Shown: in pieces, positions 48,681-58,911 of the stretch
Numbering within the stretch: position 1 is the stretch's first letter
Layout: each line of letters starts with the position of its first letter
Made by a program: the position numbers and the translations under genes
Notes under the pieces: model-generated
The model's input: the letters and a program-made list of their open reading frames with translations, nothing else
Database searches by the model: none
What the model was told of the DNA's origin: nothing
From: Alphaproteobacteria bacterium
GTDB taxonomy: Bacteria; Pseudomonadota; Alphaproteobacteria; Micavibrionales; UBA2020
DNA: 64,000 nucleotides
Reading direction: 5' to 3'
Assembly: GCA_030682495.1 (NCBI GenBank)
Contig: JAUXOC010000057.1
Coordinates: 8,170 to 72,169, forward strand

Positions 48681-49868
48681 ATGGCACAGAACAGGGATAT
48701 TTCGGTTTTCGGCAATATATCGGCGGCGGTCGAGGCTGCTTTTAATGTGCATGAAAAAGAAATCGCCACCCGCGCCCGCGCACTGGATGCGCGTTTTCTG
48801 CCGCAATTTACGCGCCACGAATTCACCTATACCCACCACGAAGACCGCATGAAAGCCTATCTGCCCGAAGGCCTGCACGATGATGCCAATCTGGTTAAAA
48901 CCCAGCAGCTGCCGATTTCCTACAACGTCTGGAAAGCGCGCAACAACCCCGAAACGGCAGAGACCATTATCTGCCTTGGCGGCATTTACAACAGCGCGCG
49001 GCGGTTTGATTTTTTTGCCGAAGGCGCTGCGGAAAATTTCAACGTCATCGCGCTCGATTATCCCGGCAAAGGGTATAGCGGAAACCTGCGCATGCCCGGC
49101 GATTACACGCTGGAAACCTATGCCGCGATTGTGGCCGCGCTGATCGACCACATCAAACCCGAAAAAGCTTTTCACATGATCGGCCATTCACACGGATCGA
49201 AAGTGATTTACGAGATGGTCGATCAGGGCTTTGCCCATCCGCAATGGGCGGGTACGGTTATCGGCGACATGCCGCCCGAAACACCGGCGGGGCCCAAGCT
49301 GCGCCGTGCCTGGCGCAACCGCGAACGTCCGGCCTCCCCCACCGTAGACGAGGCTGTGAAAAAACTCGGCAATTTCCTTGCCGGACATGGCGCGCCGGTT
49401 GATCCGGATTTTATCGTGCATGATTTCAATCATGGCTTTGCGCATTTCACGCGCGAAGGCTTTGGCTGGGCCTATGACCCCAATTCGATGTACGGCTACG
49501 CCGATGAATACCTGAAGCCCTACGACAAATGGGATGCTTTCGCAAAGCTGCCCGCGCCGGTTTTGCTGCTGGCGGGTGAAAAATCCAATACCGCCACGCC
49601 GGACATCGTCCAGAAAATGCTGCAAAGCCGTCCCGATATGTCGCTGATGCTTTACGAAGGCGTCGGGCATTACCCCGAACTGGTCACCGAAAAACGCATT
49701 CAGGAAGTCTGCAACTGGATCAAAACCGCCGCGCAAGCACCTGCCCCCCTGCGTGCAAGCGTACCGGCAGATCCGCAAAAAGATATGCAGCGCCACATCG
49801 TGCAAGACAACGCACCGCAAGCGGCTGCGCCCGCCCCCAAACAGGCGAACAAAGGACCCAAGCCGTGA
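48681..49868 (+). CDS. Alpha/beta hydrolase with N- and C-terminal extensions
   Basis: ALDYPGKGYS; GHSHG; LLLAGEKS; GVGHYP. Confidence 0.85.
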   Translation: MAQNRDISVFGNISAAVEAAFNVHEKEIATRARALDARFLPQFTRHEFTYTHHEDRMKAYLPEGLHDDANLVKTQQLPISYNVWKARNNPETAETIICLGGIYNSARRFDFFAEGAAENFNVIALDYPGKGYSGNLRMPGDYTLETYAAIVAALIDHIKPEKAFHMIGHSHGSKVIYEMVDQGFAHPQWAGTVIGDMPPETPAGPKLRRAWRNRERPASPTVDEAVKKLGNFLAGHGAPVDPDFIVHDFNHGFAHFTREGFGWAYDPNSMYGYADEYLKPYDKWDAFAKLPAPVLLLAGEKSNTATPDIVQKMLQSRPDMSLMLYEGVGHYPELVTEKRIQEVCNWIKTAAQAPAPLRASVPADPQKDMQRHIVQDNAPQAAAPAPKQANKGPKP

Positions 49869-50599
49869 GCCCTGCGCCGACCGTCATCTTTATTCCCGGC
49901 GCGTCTTCCGACGACACGGTGTGGGATGCGCAAAAAGAAGCGCTGCTGCAAAACCATGCCGCCGTGACAGTCGATATTTCAGATCTGGATGATATATCTG
50001 CCATGTCGAACCGCGTACTGGGGGCGGCGGCCGGCGACGTGATCCTCTGCGGCACATCCATGGGCGGTTATGTCGCACTCGATGCACTTAAAAAAGATAT
50101 GGCCTCTGCAGGTCCGCGCGTCAAAAAAGCGATTTTCTGTTGCACCACCGCGCGCGCCGATACGCCGGAGCGCAAACGCCAGCGTATGATCGACGTCGCC
50201 GCCGGTGCCGATAAATGGCGCGCGGCACGGCAGGACGATACGCATTATCATGCCTTTCTGGGACAGCGCGCGCAGGGCGACAAAGACCTTATCGCCCGCC
50301 TGCGCGATATTTCGCTGCGCGTTGGCTATGACGGCTTCGCACGTCATCAAAAAGCCTGCGCCAACCGGTCGGACAGCCTTGATTTCCTATCCAGCATCCA
50401 CATACCTGCACTTGTCATCAGCGGTGAAGAAGACACGCTGATCCCGCCCGAGCTGCAAACCGAAATGCACAGCCTGCTGCCGCAATCAACGCTGGTCAGC
50501 ATCAAGGGCGCAGGACATATTGCGCATATGGAAGACGCCGATAACGTCACCGCCGCCATCGAAACCTTTATCACCGCCAAAACGGGGACAACCGCATGA
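49865..50599 (+). CDS. Alpha/beta hydrolase
   Basis: FIPG; GTSMGGYVA; GEEDTL; GAGHIAHME; GTGA overlap with the upstream gene. Confidence 0.87.
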   Translation: MSPAPTVIFIPGASSDDTVWDAQKEALLQNHAAVTVDISDLDDISAMSNRVLGAAAGDVILCGTSMGGYVALDALKKDMASAGPRVKKAIFCCTTARADTPERKRQRMIDVAAGADKWRAARQDDTHYHAFLGQRAQGDKDLIARLRDISLRVGYDGFARHQKACANRSDSLDFLSSIHIPALVISGEEDTLIPPELQTEMHSLLPQSTLVSIKGAGHIAHMEDADNVTAAIETFITAKTGTTA

Positions 50600-51351
50600 C
50601 GACGCCAAAGCTCAAAGAAGTTTTTTTCGACTGGGACGGCACCATCGCCCATACCGAAGCCGTGAGCATCGAGGTCACGCGTCGCGTGCTGTCAAACTAC
50701 GCCAATGAAGCCTTCGGTAAACCCATGACCGAAGAAATCGGCATGCTGGATATGCGCGGCAAAGATTTCGGCCAAATTGCGAAGCAGTTTCAGGATGTCA
50801 TCAACACCGGCCTGCCGCAGGATGCAAAAATCACGCTCGATATCGAAGATCTGCGCATCAACAAGCTGCGGCCTGAAACGAAACAGGCCATTGTGAATGC
50901 CGCGCTCACACCCGGCATCGGCGAAGTGCTGGCCACATTACAGGATGACATGCAGCTGGGCGTGGCCATCGTCAGCAACAGCCCGCGTATGCGCATCGAA
51001 CCCCTTCTCGACAAACATGGATACAGAGAGCGCATCCCTGCGCCGCGGCTCTTCAGCGCTTTTGAAGACGTTGCCGGAAAGCTGAAGGAAGACCCCGCCA
51101 TTTATCTGCTCGCCGCAGAGAAAACCGGCATCGCGCCGGCCGAAGCCGCCGCGATCGAAGACAGCGTGACCGGCATGCGCGCCGCCGTATCGGCGGGCAT
51201 CGGCATCCGCGTCGGCTTCACCGGCCTTGCCGAACGTGCCGAAGTCGCCGCGCTCAAACAGGCGCTGCTCGATGCCGGCGCCCATACCGTCATCGACGAC
51301 ATGCGCGATCTGCCCCAAACCCTCAAACGCCTCTCCGCGCCTGCGCCTTAA
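50596..51351 (+). CDS. HAD-family phosphatase
   Basis: FFDWDGT; VSNS; K.DPAIY; IEDSVTG; ATGA overlap. Confidence 0.88.
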   Translation: MTTPKLKEVFFDWDGTIAHTEAVSIEVTRRVLSNYANEAFGKPMTEEIGMLDMRGKDFGQIAKQFQDVINTGLPQDAKITLDIEDLRINKLRPETKQAIVNAALTPGIGEVLATLQDDMQLGVAIVSNSPRMRIEPLLDKHGYRERIPAPRLFSAFEDVAGKLKEDPAIYLLAAEKTGIAPAEAAAIEDSVTGMRAAVSAGIGIRVGFTGLAERAEVAALKQALLDAGAHTVIDDMRDLPQTLKRLSAPAP

Positions 51352-51433
51352 CGCTCGGTTGACTCCCCGCGTGCAGGTTTATAAGATACGGCATTCTTTA
51401 ACCTGTGCCGCCCGCGCCGAGGAGCCGACCACC

Positions 51434-51664
51434 ATGACCGCACGTCCCGTTGCCGATATTCTCGAGGATATCTATGCCTCTCTCTACAACGACAACGAAA
51501 ACATCGACACCTTGATCGCGGATCTGAAAGCCGCGCTTGGCAGTGCCGGTCAAAAAGACGTCGCCGTCGACCCAGCAAGGCTGGTGCAGAACAATCGTCA
51601 GGGCCGTAAAATGATGCAGTCTTATTTCAAAAAACGCGGTGTGAGCATCAGTTTTTCGGAATAA
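51434..51664 (+). CDS. Small hypothetical protein (76 aa)
   Basis: GAGGAG RBS; MTARPVADILEDIY...YFKKRGVSISFSE; host-like codons. Confidence 0.7.
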   Translation: MTARPVADILEDIYASLYNDNENIDTLIADLKAALGSAGQKDVAVDPARLVQNNRQGRKMMQSYFKKRGVSISFSE

Positions 51665-51835
51665 TCCGCCCCCGATACGCCACCGCCGAGCGCAAAACAC
51701 TGAAATACAAAGATTTTATCCGCCGCGCCCGCCGCCGGATTAAGACTATGTTGATCTTTTTCCTTTATATTTCAATATTAAGCATTCAAGGTCGCGCTCT
51801 GCGGCCGCTTTGCCCTGCCGCCTGCCGAGGTTTTC

Positions 51836-54343
51836 GTGTCCGATAATACGCCACAGCCCAAAGCCACCCCTGCCGCCACGCCCTCCCGCGCTGGCCTGCG
51901 GCTGGATGTGGCGCTGCTCGTCTGCGGGCTTTTGTATATTCTGGCCGAGTTTATCTTCAACGCACGCCTGCTGGATACCGCCAGCGATATTACCGCGACC
52001 GCCGACGACCTGCGCGATGTCGAATATCTGGGGCGCGCGGTATCGGGCGTCGGGCTGTCATTGCTGGTGGCCGGTTTCTTTGCGCGCGACCATTTTCGCA
52101 TGTCGCGCCTGTCTGACCAGATTGTCTTTGGCCTGCTGGCCATTCTTTGCCCCGTCCTGTTTCTGCTCTCACCCTTGTCACCCGCCGATGGGGGGCTTGA
52201 TCCGTCCGGCGTCACCTTCACGCAACTGGTGACCGGTGCAGGCCCCGATATCCAGCTTGATTTCCCGCCGCCCGATGCATCGATGCTGTGGATCATGTTG
52301 CCGCTTTTCGGCATTTTGACGGTCCTGCTGGCGCATTACCACCGGCTGCACCGTGCCGTGGTTGTTGCAGGGATCCTGATGATAAGCTGGCCGGCGATGT
52401 TTTTCGGGCAAAAGATTATCATCGAGCGATTTATGATTCACCCGACCAGCTGGGAAACGCGGCTGGATGCACGCTATATGCAGATGATGCGCACCGGATT
52501 CGGGCACGGTATCCTCGCCCTGCGCGATCTGCGTTTTGACGAAGACGATGATCCAGCGCTGCGTACTTTTCTGGTTTTAATGGGCAGCCTTTTCATGCAG
52601 TTCCCCGAAGAAGCCAAGGAGATGATCCGCGAGAAGGAAAACGATATCGTACAACTGGTCGTCATGCGCAGTGACATCCAGAATATCGATGCGCGCTATG
52701 CCGAATATCAGGATATCGCAAAAGAATTCCATGAACGGGTCTTCCTGCCCTACGAAAAAGCCTCCAGCCGCTATGCCGATGCGCTGTCCGAGCCTTTCCT
52801 GCACGAAGCACGCGACAATGCCCTGCGCATCGCCCGCGCCGCCATCGACAACGGCTGGCTGAAAATGCGCGATGCGCTTGGCCATTGCCGCGCCGTTGCC
52901 AGCAAAAATGCAACGACGCTTTATATGAACCTCTTGAACTACAATAAAAACTTTGTCGCTTGCCGCGATGAAACCTGCCGCACCCGCGCAGCGATCAATT
53001 ATAGGCGCATGGTTCGCGACATGGTTGCGCCCCGCGTGCCCTTTGATTACTGGTGCGAAAGCAGCGGGCTTGACCCCGCAGACGTCACCACCGCACATAT
53101 GCTGGACAGCAACCTGCGCGAAATCGCACAGCGTGAAACCTTCGCCTGCCGCCCCGAAAGCATCCAGCGTGTCACCGAACGGCTCATGCCTTTCTGCACG
53201 CAGGATATTCACAAGCACACCGGATTTTCCGCCAACGTACGTACGCGGGAAGATTTCGCGAATTCGCCCACCCTGCACAAGGAAGTCCGCAAACAGCTGC
53301 TGGACGTTATGCGGCGCGAAAAGAAACTGATGACGTTTATGCTGCCGGAAGACTGGCGCATTGATGACGTTGCAACGCTGGAGGACGCGCTTGCCCGCGG
53401 CATCATGTCACGCGCGGGCGTTGAATGGACGATGGGCGTCAGGCGCGACGAAGATGCAGGCCTCGGCACCTCCATCGGCATGTCCGGTATGCGCGCAGGG
53501 CTACAGCTTGACGAATTCGTACAAACCGCCGTTGTCCAGCGCCAGTTGCGCGGCTATCTGGGCGACATGTACTACCCCGGATTCAGTATGAGCCTGACAC
53601 GCGAAGAGTTTGTCGCCAACGTGCTTGTCCCCGACATCAAGCGCCGCGCGGCCGCCTATGTCCGCGAAACCGAACTGCAAGGTCGCAAATTCGCCAATGG
53701 CGAAAGCCTCGAAGCCGCAGGCAAGGAAGCGGTACGTTTTATCTACATCCCCAGCATCGCCTTGTTTATCTCGCTCTTTCTGGTCATGCTGACGGCAGCG
53801 CGCTGCCTGATAATGGGTGCGCGCCTCAGCTGGCGGCATTTGTATCCGGATGCGCGCCCCTCGCCCTTGCGTCTGGCGGCGGCATGGGCTGCCGTGGTGG
53901 TGGTGATTGCCAGCTTCCCTTATATCGCAGGCAGCCGCACAGCACAAAGCGAGAGCTATCAGGCTTTTCTGCACAAGTCATTTGAACGCGCGCCAGTAAC
54001 CTCGGTTGTGATTGACTGGACAATGCGCGCGCAGCCGATCATTTATAGCGCCGGCAAGTCTTTGCTGGCCGCCGCCGGTGCGGGCCCTGCACTCACCCCG
54101 CGCAATATCGACAAGATGGCCCCCGTCGTGGTGTTTGACAAGACGCGCGACGAGATGATCCGCGCGGCGCAAGAAAAACTGATTGCCGGAAAGCTGCTGG
54201 AGAGCGTGCATGGCGGCGGCATCATGAACGAAGCCACGCACGAAGCCCTGCGCAGCTTCCAGAAGCGCGAAGGATTGCCGGTGACAGGCACTCTCGACGA
54301 CGAGACACGGCGTGCCCTCGGCCTTGCGTCGCCTGAAAAATGA
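51836..54343 (+). CDS. Polytopic membrane protein with a large Cys-containing loop and a C-terminal peptidoglycan-binding domain
   Basis: About 5 N-terminal and 2 C-terminal TMs; ends AQEKL..G.M...T.EALRSFQKREGLPVTGTLD.ET..ALG. Confidence 0.75.
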   Translation: MSDNTPQPKATPAATPSRAGLRLDVALLVCGLLYILAEFIFNARLLDTASDITATADDLRDVEYLGRAVSGVGLSLLVAGFFARDHFRMSRLSDQIVFGLLAILCPVLFLLSPLSPADGGLDPSGVTFTQLVTGAGPDIQLDFPPPDASMLWIMLPLFGILTVLLAHYHRLHRAVVVAGILMISWPAMFFGQKIIIERFMIHPTSWETRLDARYMQMMRTGFGHGILALRDLRFDEDDDPALRTFLVLMGSLFMQFPEEAKEMIREKENDIVQLVVMRSDIQNIDARYAEYQDIAKEFHERVFLPYEKASSRYADALSEPFLHEARDNALRIARAAIDNGWLKMRDALGHCRAVASKNATTLYMNLLNYNKNFVACRDETCRTRAAINYRRMVRDMVAPRVPFDYWCESSGLDPADVTTAHMLDSNLREIAQRETFACRPESIQRVTERLMPFCTQDIHKHTGFSANVRTREDFANSPTLHKEVRKQLLDVMRREKKLMTFMLPEDWRIDDVATLEDALARGIMSRAGVEWTMGVRRDEDAGLGTSIGMSGMRAGLQLDEFVQTAVVQRQLRGYLGDMYYPGFSMSLTREEFVANVLVPDIKRRAAAYVRETELQGRKFANGESLEAAGKEAVRFIYIPSIALFISLFLVMLTAARCLIMGARLSWRHLYPDARPSPLRLAAAWAAVVVVIASFPYIAGSRTAQSESYQAFLHKSFERAPVTSVVIDWTMRAQPIIYSAGKSLLAAAGAGPALTPRNIDKMAPVVVFDKTRDEMIRAAQEKLIAGKLLESVHGGGIMNEATHEALRSFQKREGLPVTGTLDDETRRALGLASPEK

Positions 54344-55593
54344 CGACTGCCGTCTCCCCTTTTCCGTCTGCCGATGTTTGCATTATTGGCGCAGGCCCCG
54401 CAGGACTGATGGCAGCAGAGACGCTGGCCGCGGCGGGTCTTGCGGTGCAGCTTTTCGAGCGCAAACCCGTGCCTGCACGTAAATTTTTGATGGCCGGACG
54501 CGGCGGGTTGAACCTGACCCATAGTGAACCCTTGGAAGCTTTTCTGGCACGCTACGGCAGCGGACGCGGCCTGATCGAGCAGGCCATTCGCGATTTCACG
54601 CCCGAGGCGCTGCGCAGCTGGTGCGCCGGCCTGGGCGAAGAAACGTTTATCGGCAGCAGCGGCCGCGTTTTTCCCAAAAGCTTCAAAGCATCGCCGCTGC
54701 TGCGCGCATGGCAGGCACGGCTGGCGGGCATGGGCGTGACTTTTCGGTTTTCGCATCACTGGCAAGGCTGGAGCGCGCAAGGCGATATTATTTTCGATAC
54801 ACCCGAGGGCAGCCAAGCCTATACGGCACCTGCTGCCTTGCTGCTGGCGCTGGGCGGGGCATCGTGGCCGCGGCTTGGCGCGGATGGCACATGGCAGCCG
54901 CTACTGGCCGCACGCGGCGTTGACATCGCCCCCTTCCGTCCCGCGAACTGCGGCTTTCAGGTGGCATGGTCACCTTATTTCATTGAAAAAGCCGCCGGTC
55001 AACCGCTCAAACCGCTGGCACTGTCTTTCGGCGGCCGGCGCATCGAAGGTGAGGCGATGATGACCGCGCAGGGTATCGAAGGCGGCGGCATCTACGCCCT
55101 CTCCGCCGCTCTGCGCGATGCGATAGAAACCGATGGGCATGCGATCCTGACCCTCGATTTGCGGCCGGGGCTTGATTTAAAAACACTCGCGCAAAAGCTG
55201 GGCGCACCGCGCAGCGCGAAATCACTCGGCACATGGCTGCGCAGCGCGGGCGGGCTTTCGCCGCTGGCGGCAACGCTGCTACGGGAACCCGCCGCGCAAG
55301 GAGACGACCTCGCAACGCTCGTACCACAAGCTTTGGCCCTGCGCATCAAAACGCTGCCGCTGCGCCTTGAGGCGCCGTTTGCCATCGACCGCGCGATTTC
55401 CAGCGCGGGAGGCCTTCGCGCCGCTGCGCTTGACGGTTATCGGTTGCGCGCGATACCGAATGTTTATGCCGCCGGCGAGATGCTGGACTGGGAAGCCCCC
55501 ACCGGCGGATATTTGCTACAGGCAAGTTTTGCCACAGGGGTTGCGGCGGCGCGGCAGATTCTCTCTGCCTGCGGAAAGAATCTGGCGAATTAG
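54340..55593 (+). CDS. TIGR03862/HI0933-family flavoprotein
   Basis: IIGAGPAGLMAA; RKFLMAGRGGLNLTHSE; GSSGRVFP; AISSAGG; GEMLDWEAPTGGYLL. Confidence 0.92.
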   Translation: MTTAVSPFPSADVCIIGAGPAGLMAAETLAAAGLAVQLFERKPVPARKFLMAGRGGLNLTHSEPLEAFLARYGSGRGLIEQAIRDFTPEALRSWCAGLGEETFIGSSGRVFPKSFKASPLLRAWQARLAGMGVTFRFSHHWQGWSAQGDIIFDTPEGSQAYTAPAALLLALGGASWPRLGADGTWQPLLAARGVDIAPFRPANCGFQVAWSPYFIEKAAGQPLKPLALSFGGRRIEGEAMMTAQGIEGGGIYALSAALRDAIETDGHAILTLDLRPGLDLKTLAQKLGAPRSAKSLGTWLRSAGGLSPLAATLLREPAAQGDDLATLVPQALALRIKTLPLRLEAPFAIDRAISSAGGLRAAALDGYRLRAIPNVYAAGEMLDWEAPTGGYLLQASFATGVAAARQILSACGKNLAN

Positions 55594-55727
55594 AAATTTA
55601 TCAAATATTTCAGTTGCTTAACCTGTTTCAATTTTGTATCTGTTTTCCGATTGCAAGTTCCATGGCGTTTGCTATACTTCATTTCACATAAACACACGTC
55701 GGCCCTCGGGGCGGGGAGTGCTGTAGC

Positions 55728-58700
55728 ATGGCTACAGAAAAAAACGGTCTTGGCGATGACTCAAAAAACGCCGCACAAAAAAACACTGCCGTTGGCGGTG
55801 AACGAAAGATCAAGAAAATTCACTGGTACAGTTCCGTCCCCAAGTGGGTCTATGGCCTTGCCATCACCGGCACGGTTCTGACGGCGGGTATCGCGGTTGA
55901 AACGCAGACTTCTTTTGTACAGGCAAAAATATTTACCGCCGCCGCCGAAGGGCGATCCTTCACCGAAACAAAAACCAGCGGGCCTGATAGCGCGCCTTAT
56001 GCGGCAGGCCCCTACGACATCCGTCTTGGCTATGCCCAGACGCTCGACATCCGCCGCAACCTGACCGAACGCGGCTATGTGCTGCAAGGTGAAACCGAAT
56101 GGCAGGAACGCAAAATGGCGGGCATCCGCCTGTTTCCGATTTATAACGAAAAAGCGCAGGCCGGTTTGCGCATCACCGACGACCTTGGCCGCGAGCTGCA
56201 CGACGCACGTTTCCCGCGTCAGGTTTATCAAAACTTTGACGACGTGCCGACCGCGCTGGTCAAAAGCCTTCTTTTCGTCGAAAACCGCGAGCTGTTCGGC
56301 AACCGGTTTGAAGCAAAAAACCCCGCGATTGAATGGGAACGCCTTCTCTATGCCGCCAAGCAGGATTTGACAGGCAATGGCGGCGCGGGTGCTTCGACGC
56401 TGGCCACACAGCTCGAAAAATTCCGTCATTCCCCGGGCGGCGAAACCAACGGCAGCAAGTCTGAAAAGTTCCGTCAGATGCTGACGGCCTCCGTGCGCGC
56501 CTATACCGAAGGCCCGAACACGCTGGAAGCCCGCCAGCGCATCGCGCTTGACTATATCAATGCGATCCCGCTGTCCGCTGTGCCCGGTTTTGGCGAAGTG
56601 CATGGTTTTTCCGATGGGCTCAAGGCATGGTTCGGCAAAGACCCCGCGCAGGTCAATGCGCTATTGCGCAAAGACGAAACCGGCATGAGCGATGCCGAGA
56701 TACGCGAAAAAGCCCTCGCCTACCGCGAAACGCTCAGCATCATTATGTCCGTCAAGAAGCCTTCCGCTTATTTCCTGCGCGAACGTGCGGAGCTGGAAGC
56801 CCGCGTTGATGCCTATCTGCCGCTGTTGGCGCAAGAGGGCATCATCAGTCCACGGCTGCGCGATGCCACGCTGGCCGTTCGTGTCACCTATGCCGATCCG
56901 CAGCAGGTGCGTGCCGAACATACAACCGCGCCCAATCCGCAAAAAGCCGTTACGGCGCTGCAAATCGACCTGCTCCGCGCGCTCGAAATGAAGAGCCTGT
57001 ACGAGCTGAACCGTCTTGACCTCACCGCCCGCACCACGCTGGATGTGCCGGTTGACCGCGCCATATCGAAAAAACTGCACAGCCTGAACGACCCCGCCGT
57101 GGCCGAACAGCACGGGCTGACCGGTTTCCGACTACTCAAACCCGGTCAGGGCGCGAATATCACCTATACCTTCACCCTCTACGAACGCCTGCCTGACGGG
57201 CAGAACGTGCTGCGCGTACAGGCTGACAATTTCAATGGCCAGTTCAACCTGAATGAAGATTCAAAGCTGGAGCTGGGTTCTACCGCCAAGCTGCGTACAT
57301 TGGTATCGTATCTGGAGGCCGTCGCCGACCTGCATGGAAAATTCAGCGCGATGGATGCAGACAGCCGCCGCAACACCGCCGTACACCCTGACGATAAACT
57401 GACGCGTTTTGTTATCGACCATCTGCAATCCGCCGCGCCCGACAAATCGCTGCAAGCCACACTGGAAGCGGCGCTGAACCGCACCTATAGCGCCAACCCG
57501 CACGAGCGGTTTTTCACCGGCGGCGGCGTGCATACCTTCAGCAATTTTGAAAACAACGAAAACGGCCGCACGTTCACGGTCAAGGAAGCTTTCCACAAAT
57601 CCAACAACCTCGCCTTTGTCCGTATCATGCGCGATGTGGTGAATTACACGCTGTACCAGAAAATGGATATCGACCCGAATATCTATACCGATGTCCAAAG
57701 CGAAACCCGCCGCGACTATCTGGAGCGTTTCGCTGACAAGGAAGGCACGACCTTCCTGTACAAAGCATGGCAGCAACAGCGCGGCAAGACGCTTGATGAA
57801 ACCGCCGATATTCTGGCCGCGCAAACACGCAAGACGCCGCTGCAACTGGCTGTGGTGCACCGCTCGCTCTATCCCGATGCGACGCTGGATGATATGAGCG
57901 GATTTATCCGCAAGCATTGCCAGACCTGCGCGCCCGATGCCGATTTCAAACGGTATTACGAAGAGCATGCACCCGGAAAATTCAACCTCAATGACCGCGC
58001 CTATCTGACGCGGATCCATCCGCTCGCGCTGTGGCTGGCCTCGCACCGCGCAGAGAAGCCCGAAAGCAGCTGGAGCGATGCCGTCGCCGCTTCTGCCCAA
58101 ACGCGGCAGGACGTTTACGAATGGCTGTTCAAATCAAACAGCACACAAGGCCAGAACACCCGCATCCGCACCATGCTGGAAAACGAAGCTTTCACCCACA
58201 TCCATGCAACATGGAAAGAAAAAGGATTCCCGTTTGAGAAAATGACGGCATCTTATGCCTCGGCTCTCGGGTCATCGGGCGATACGCCTGCCGCACTGGC
58301 CACACTGGCTGGAATCATCCAGAATGACGGGCTTCTGGTTCCTGCAACAAAATTCACCGACATCAAATTCGGCGAGAACACGCCTTATGCGCTCGATTTC
58401 AAAGCCGGCAAAGCCGATCCCAAGCGTGTGCTGTCCGCAGATGTTGCGCAGCTGGTGCGCCGCGAAATGCAAAATGTGGTCGAACTGGGCACGGCGCGCC
58501 GCGCCTTTGGCAGCATCAAGCTGAGCGATGGCACGGTCCTGCCGATTGGCGCCAAAACGGGCACCGGCGACAACCGTTCGCATACCGTGACGGCGCGCGG
58601 CGGCGTGATTTCATCCGAAGTCAAAAGCCGCACCGCCACGCTGGTCTATACCATTGGCGATCGTTTTTACGGCGCAATGACCGCCTATGTCGAAGGCTCC

Positions 58701-58901
58701 GAAGCCGCCGATTACAAATTCACCAGCGGCCTGATGACCCAGACGCTGAAAGCCGCCATCGCTTCGGAAATAACGCCGACACTGGATCGCAGCTACGGTG
58801 TGACGCCGCCGCCTGCGGTGCCCGCGCCGGAAAAACCCGCAGAGAAAAAACCAGATGGGCCCAAAGTCGCCGCCGTGGCGCTGCGGAACCCGACGCTTTA
58901 A
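55728..58901 (+). CDS. Large atypical class A PBP (GT51 transglycosylase plus transpeptidase-like domain)
   Basis: N-terminal TM; LLFVENRELF; GASTLATQLEK; transpeptidase motifs STAK, SNN and KTGTG. Confidence 0.85.
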   Translation: MATEKNGLGDDSKNAAQKNTAVGGERKIKKIHWYSSVPKWVYGLAITGTVLTAGIAVETQTSFVQAKIFTAAAEGRSFTETKTSGPDSAPYAAGPYDIRLGYAQTLDIRRNLTERGYVLQGETEWQERKMAGIRLFPIYNEKAQAGLRITDDLGRELHDARFPRQVYQNFDDVPTALVKSLLFVENRELFGNRFEAKNPAIEWERLLYAAKQDLTGNGGAGASTLATQLEKFRHSPGGETNGSKSEKFRQMLTASVRAYTEGPNTLEARQRIALDYINAIPLSAVPGFGEVHGFSDGLKAWFGKDPAQVNALLRKDETGMSDAEIREKALAYRETLSIIMSVKKPSAYFLRERAELEARVDAYLPLLAQEGIISPRLRDATLAVRVTYADPQQVRAEHTTAPNPQKAVTALQIDLLRALEMKSLYELNRLDLTARTTLDVPVDRAISKKLHSLNDPAVAEQHGLTGFRLLKPGQGANITYTFTLYERLPDGQNVLRVQADNFNGQFNLNEDSKLELGSTAKLRTLVSYLEAVADLHGKFSAMDADSRRNTAVHPDDKLTRFVIDHLQSAAPDKSLQATLEAALNRTYSANPHERFFTGGGVHTFSNFENNENGRTFTVKEAFHKSNNLAFVRIMRDVVNYTLYQKMDIDPNIYTDVQSETRRDYLERFADKEGTTFLYKAWQQQRGKTLDETADILAAQTRKTPLQLAVVHRSLYPDATLDDMSGFIRKHCQTCAPDADFKRYYEEHAPGKFNLNDRAYLTRIHPLALWLASHRAEKPESSWSDAVAASAQTRQDVYEWLFKSNSTQGQNTRIRTMLENEAFTHIHATWKEKGFPFEKMTASYASALGSSGDTPAALATLAGIIQNDGLLVPATKFTDIKFGENTPYALDFKAGKADPKRVLSADVAQLVRREMQNVVELGTARRAFGSIKLSDGTVLPIGAKTGTGDNRSHTVTARGGVISSEVKSRTATLVYTIGDRFYGAMTAYVEGSEAADYKFTSGLMTQTLKAAIASEITPTLDRSYGVTPPPAVPAPEKPAEKKPDGPKVAAVALRNPTL

Positions 58902-58911
58902 GGGTTTACGA

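Noticed and set aside
9611-51754. CtrA-like TTAA-N7-TTGA sites at 9611-9625, 14686-14700, 51348-51362 and 51740-51754
   Set aside because: Each mismatches the TTAA-N7-TTAA consensus, and two are explained by a stop codon followed by a TTGAC -35 box.
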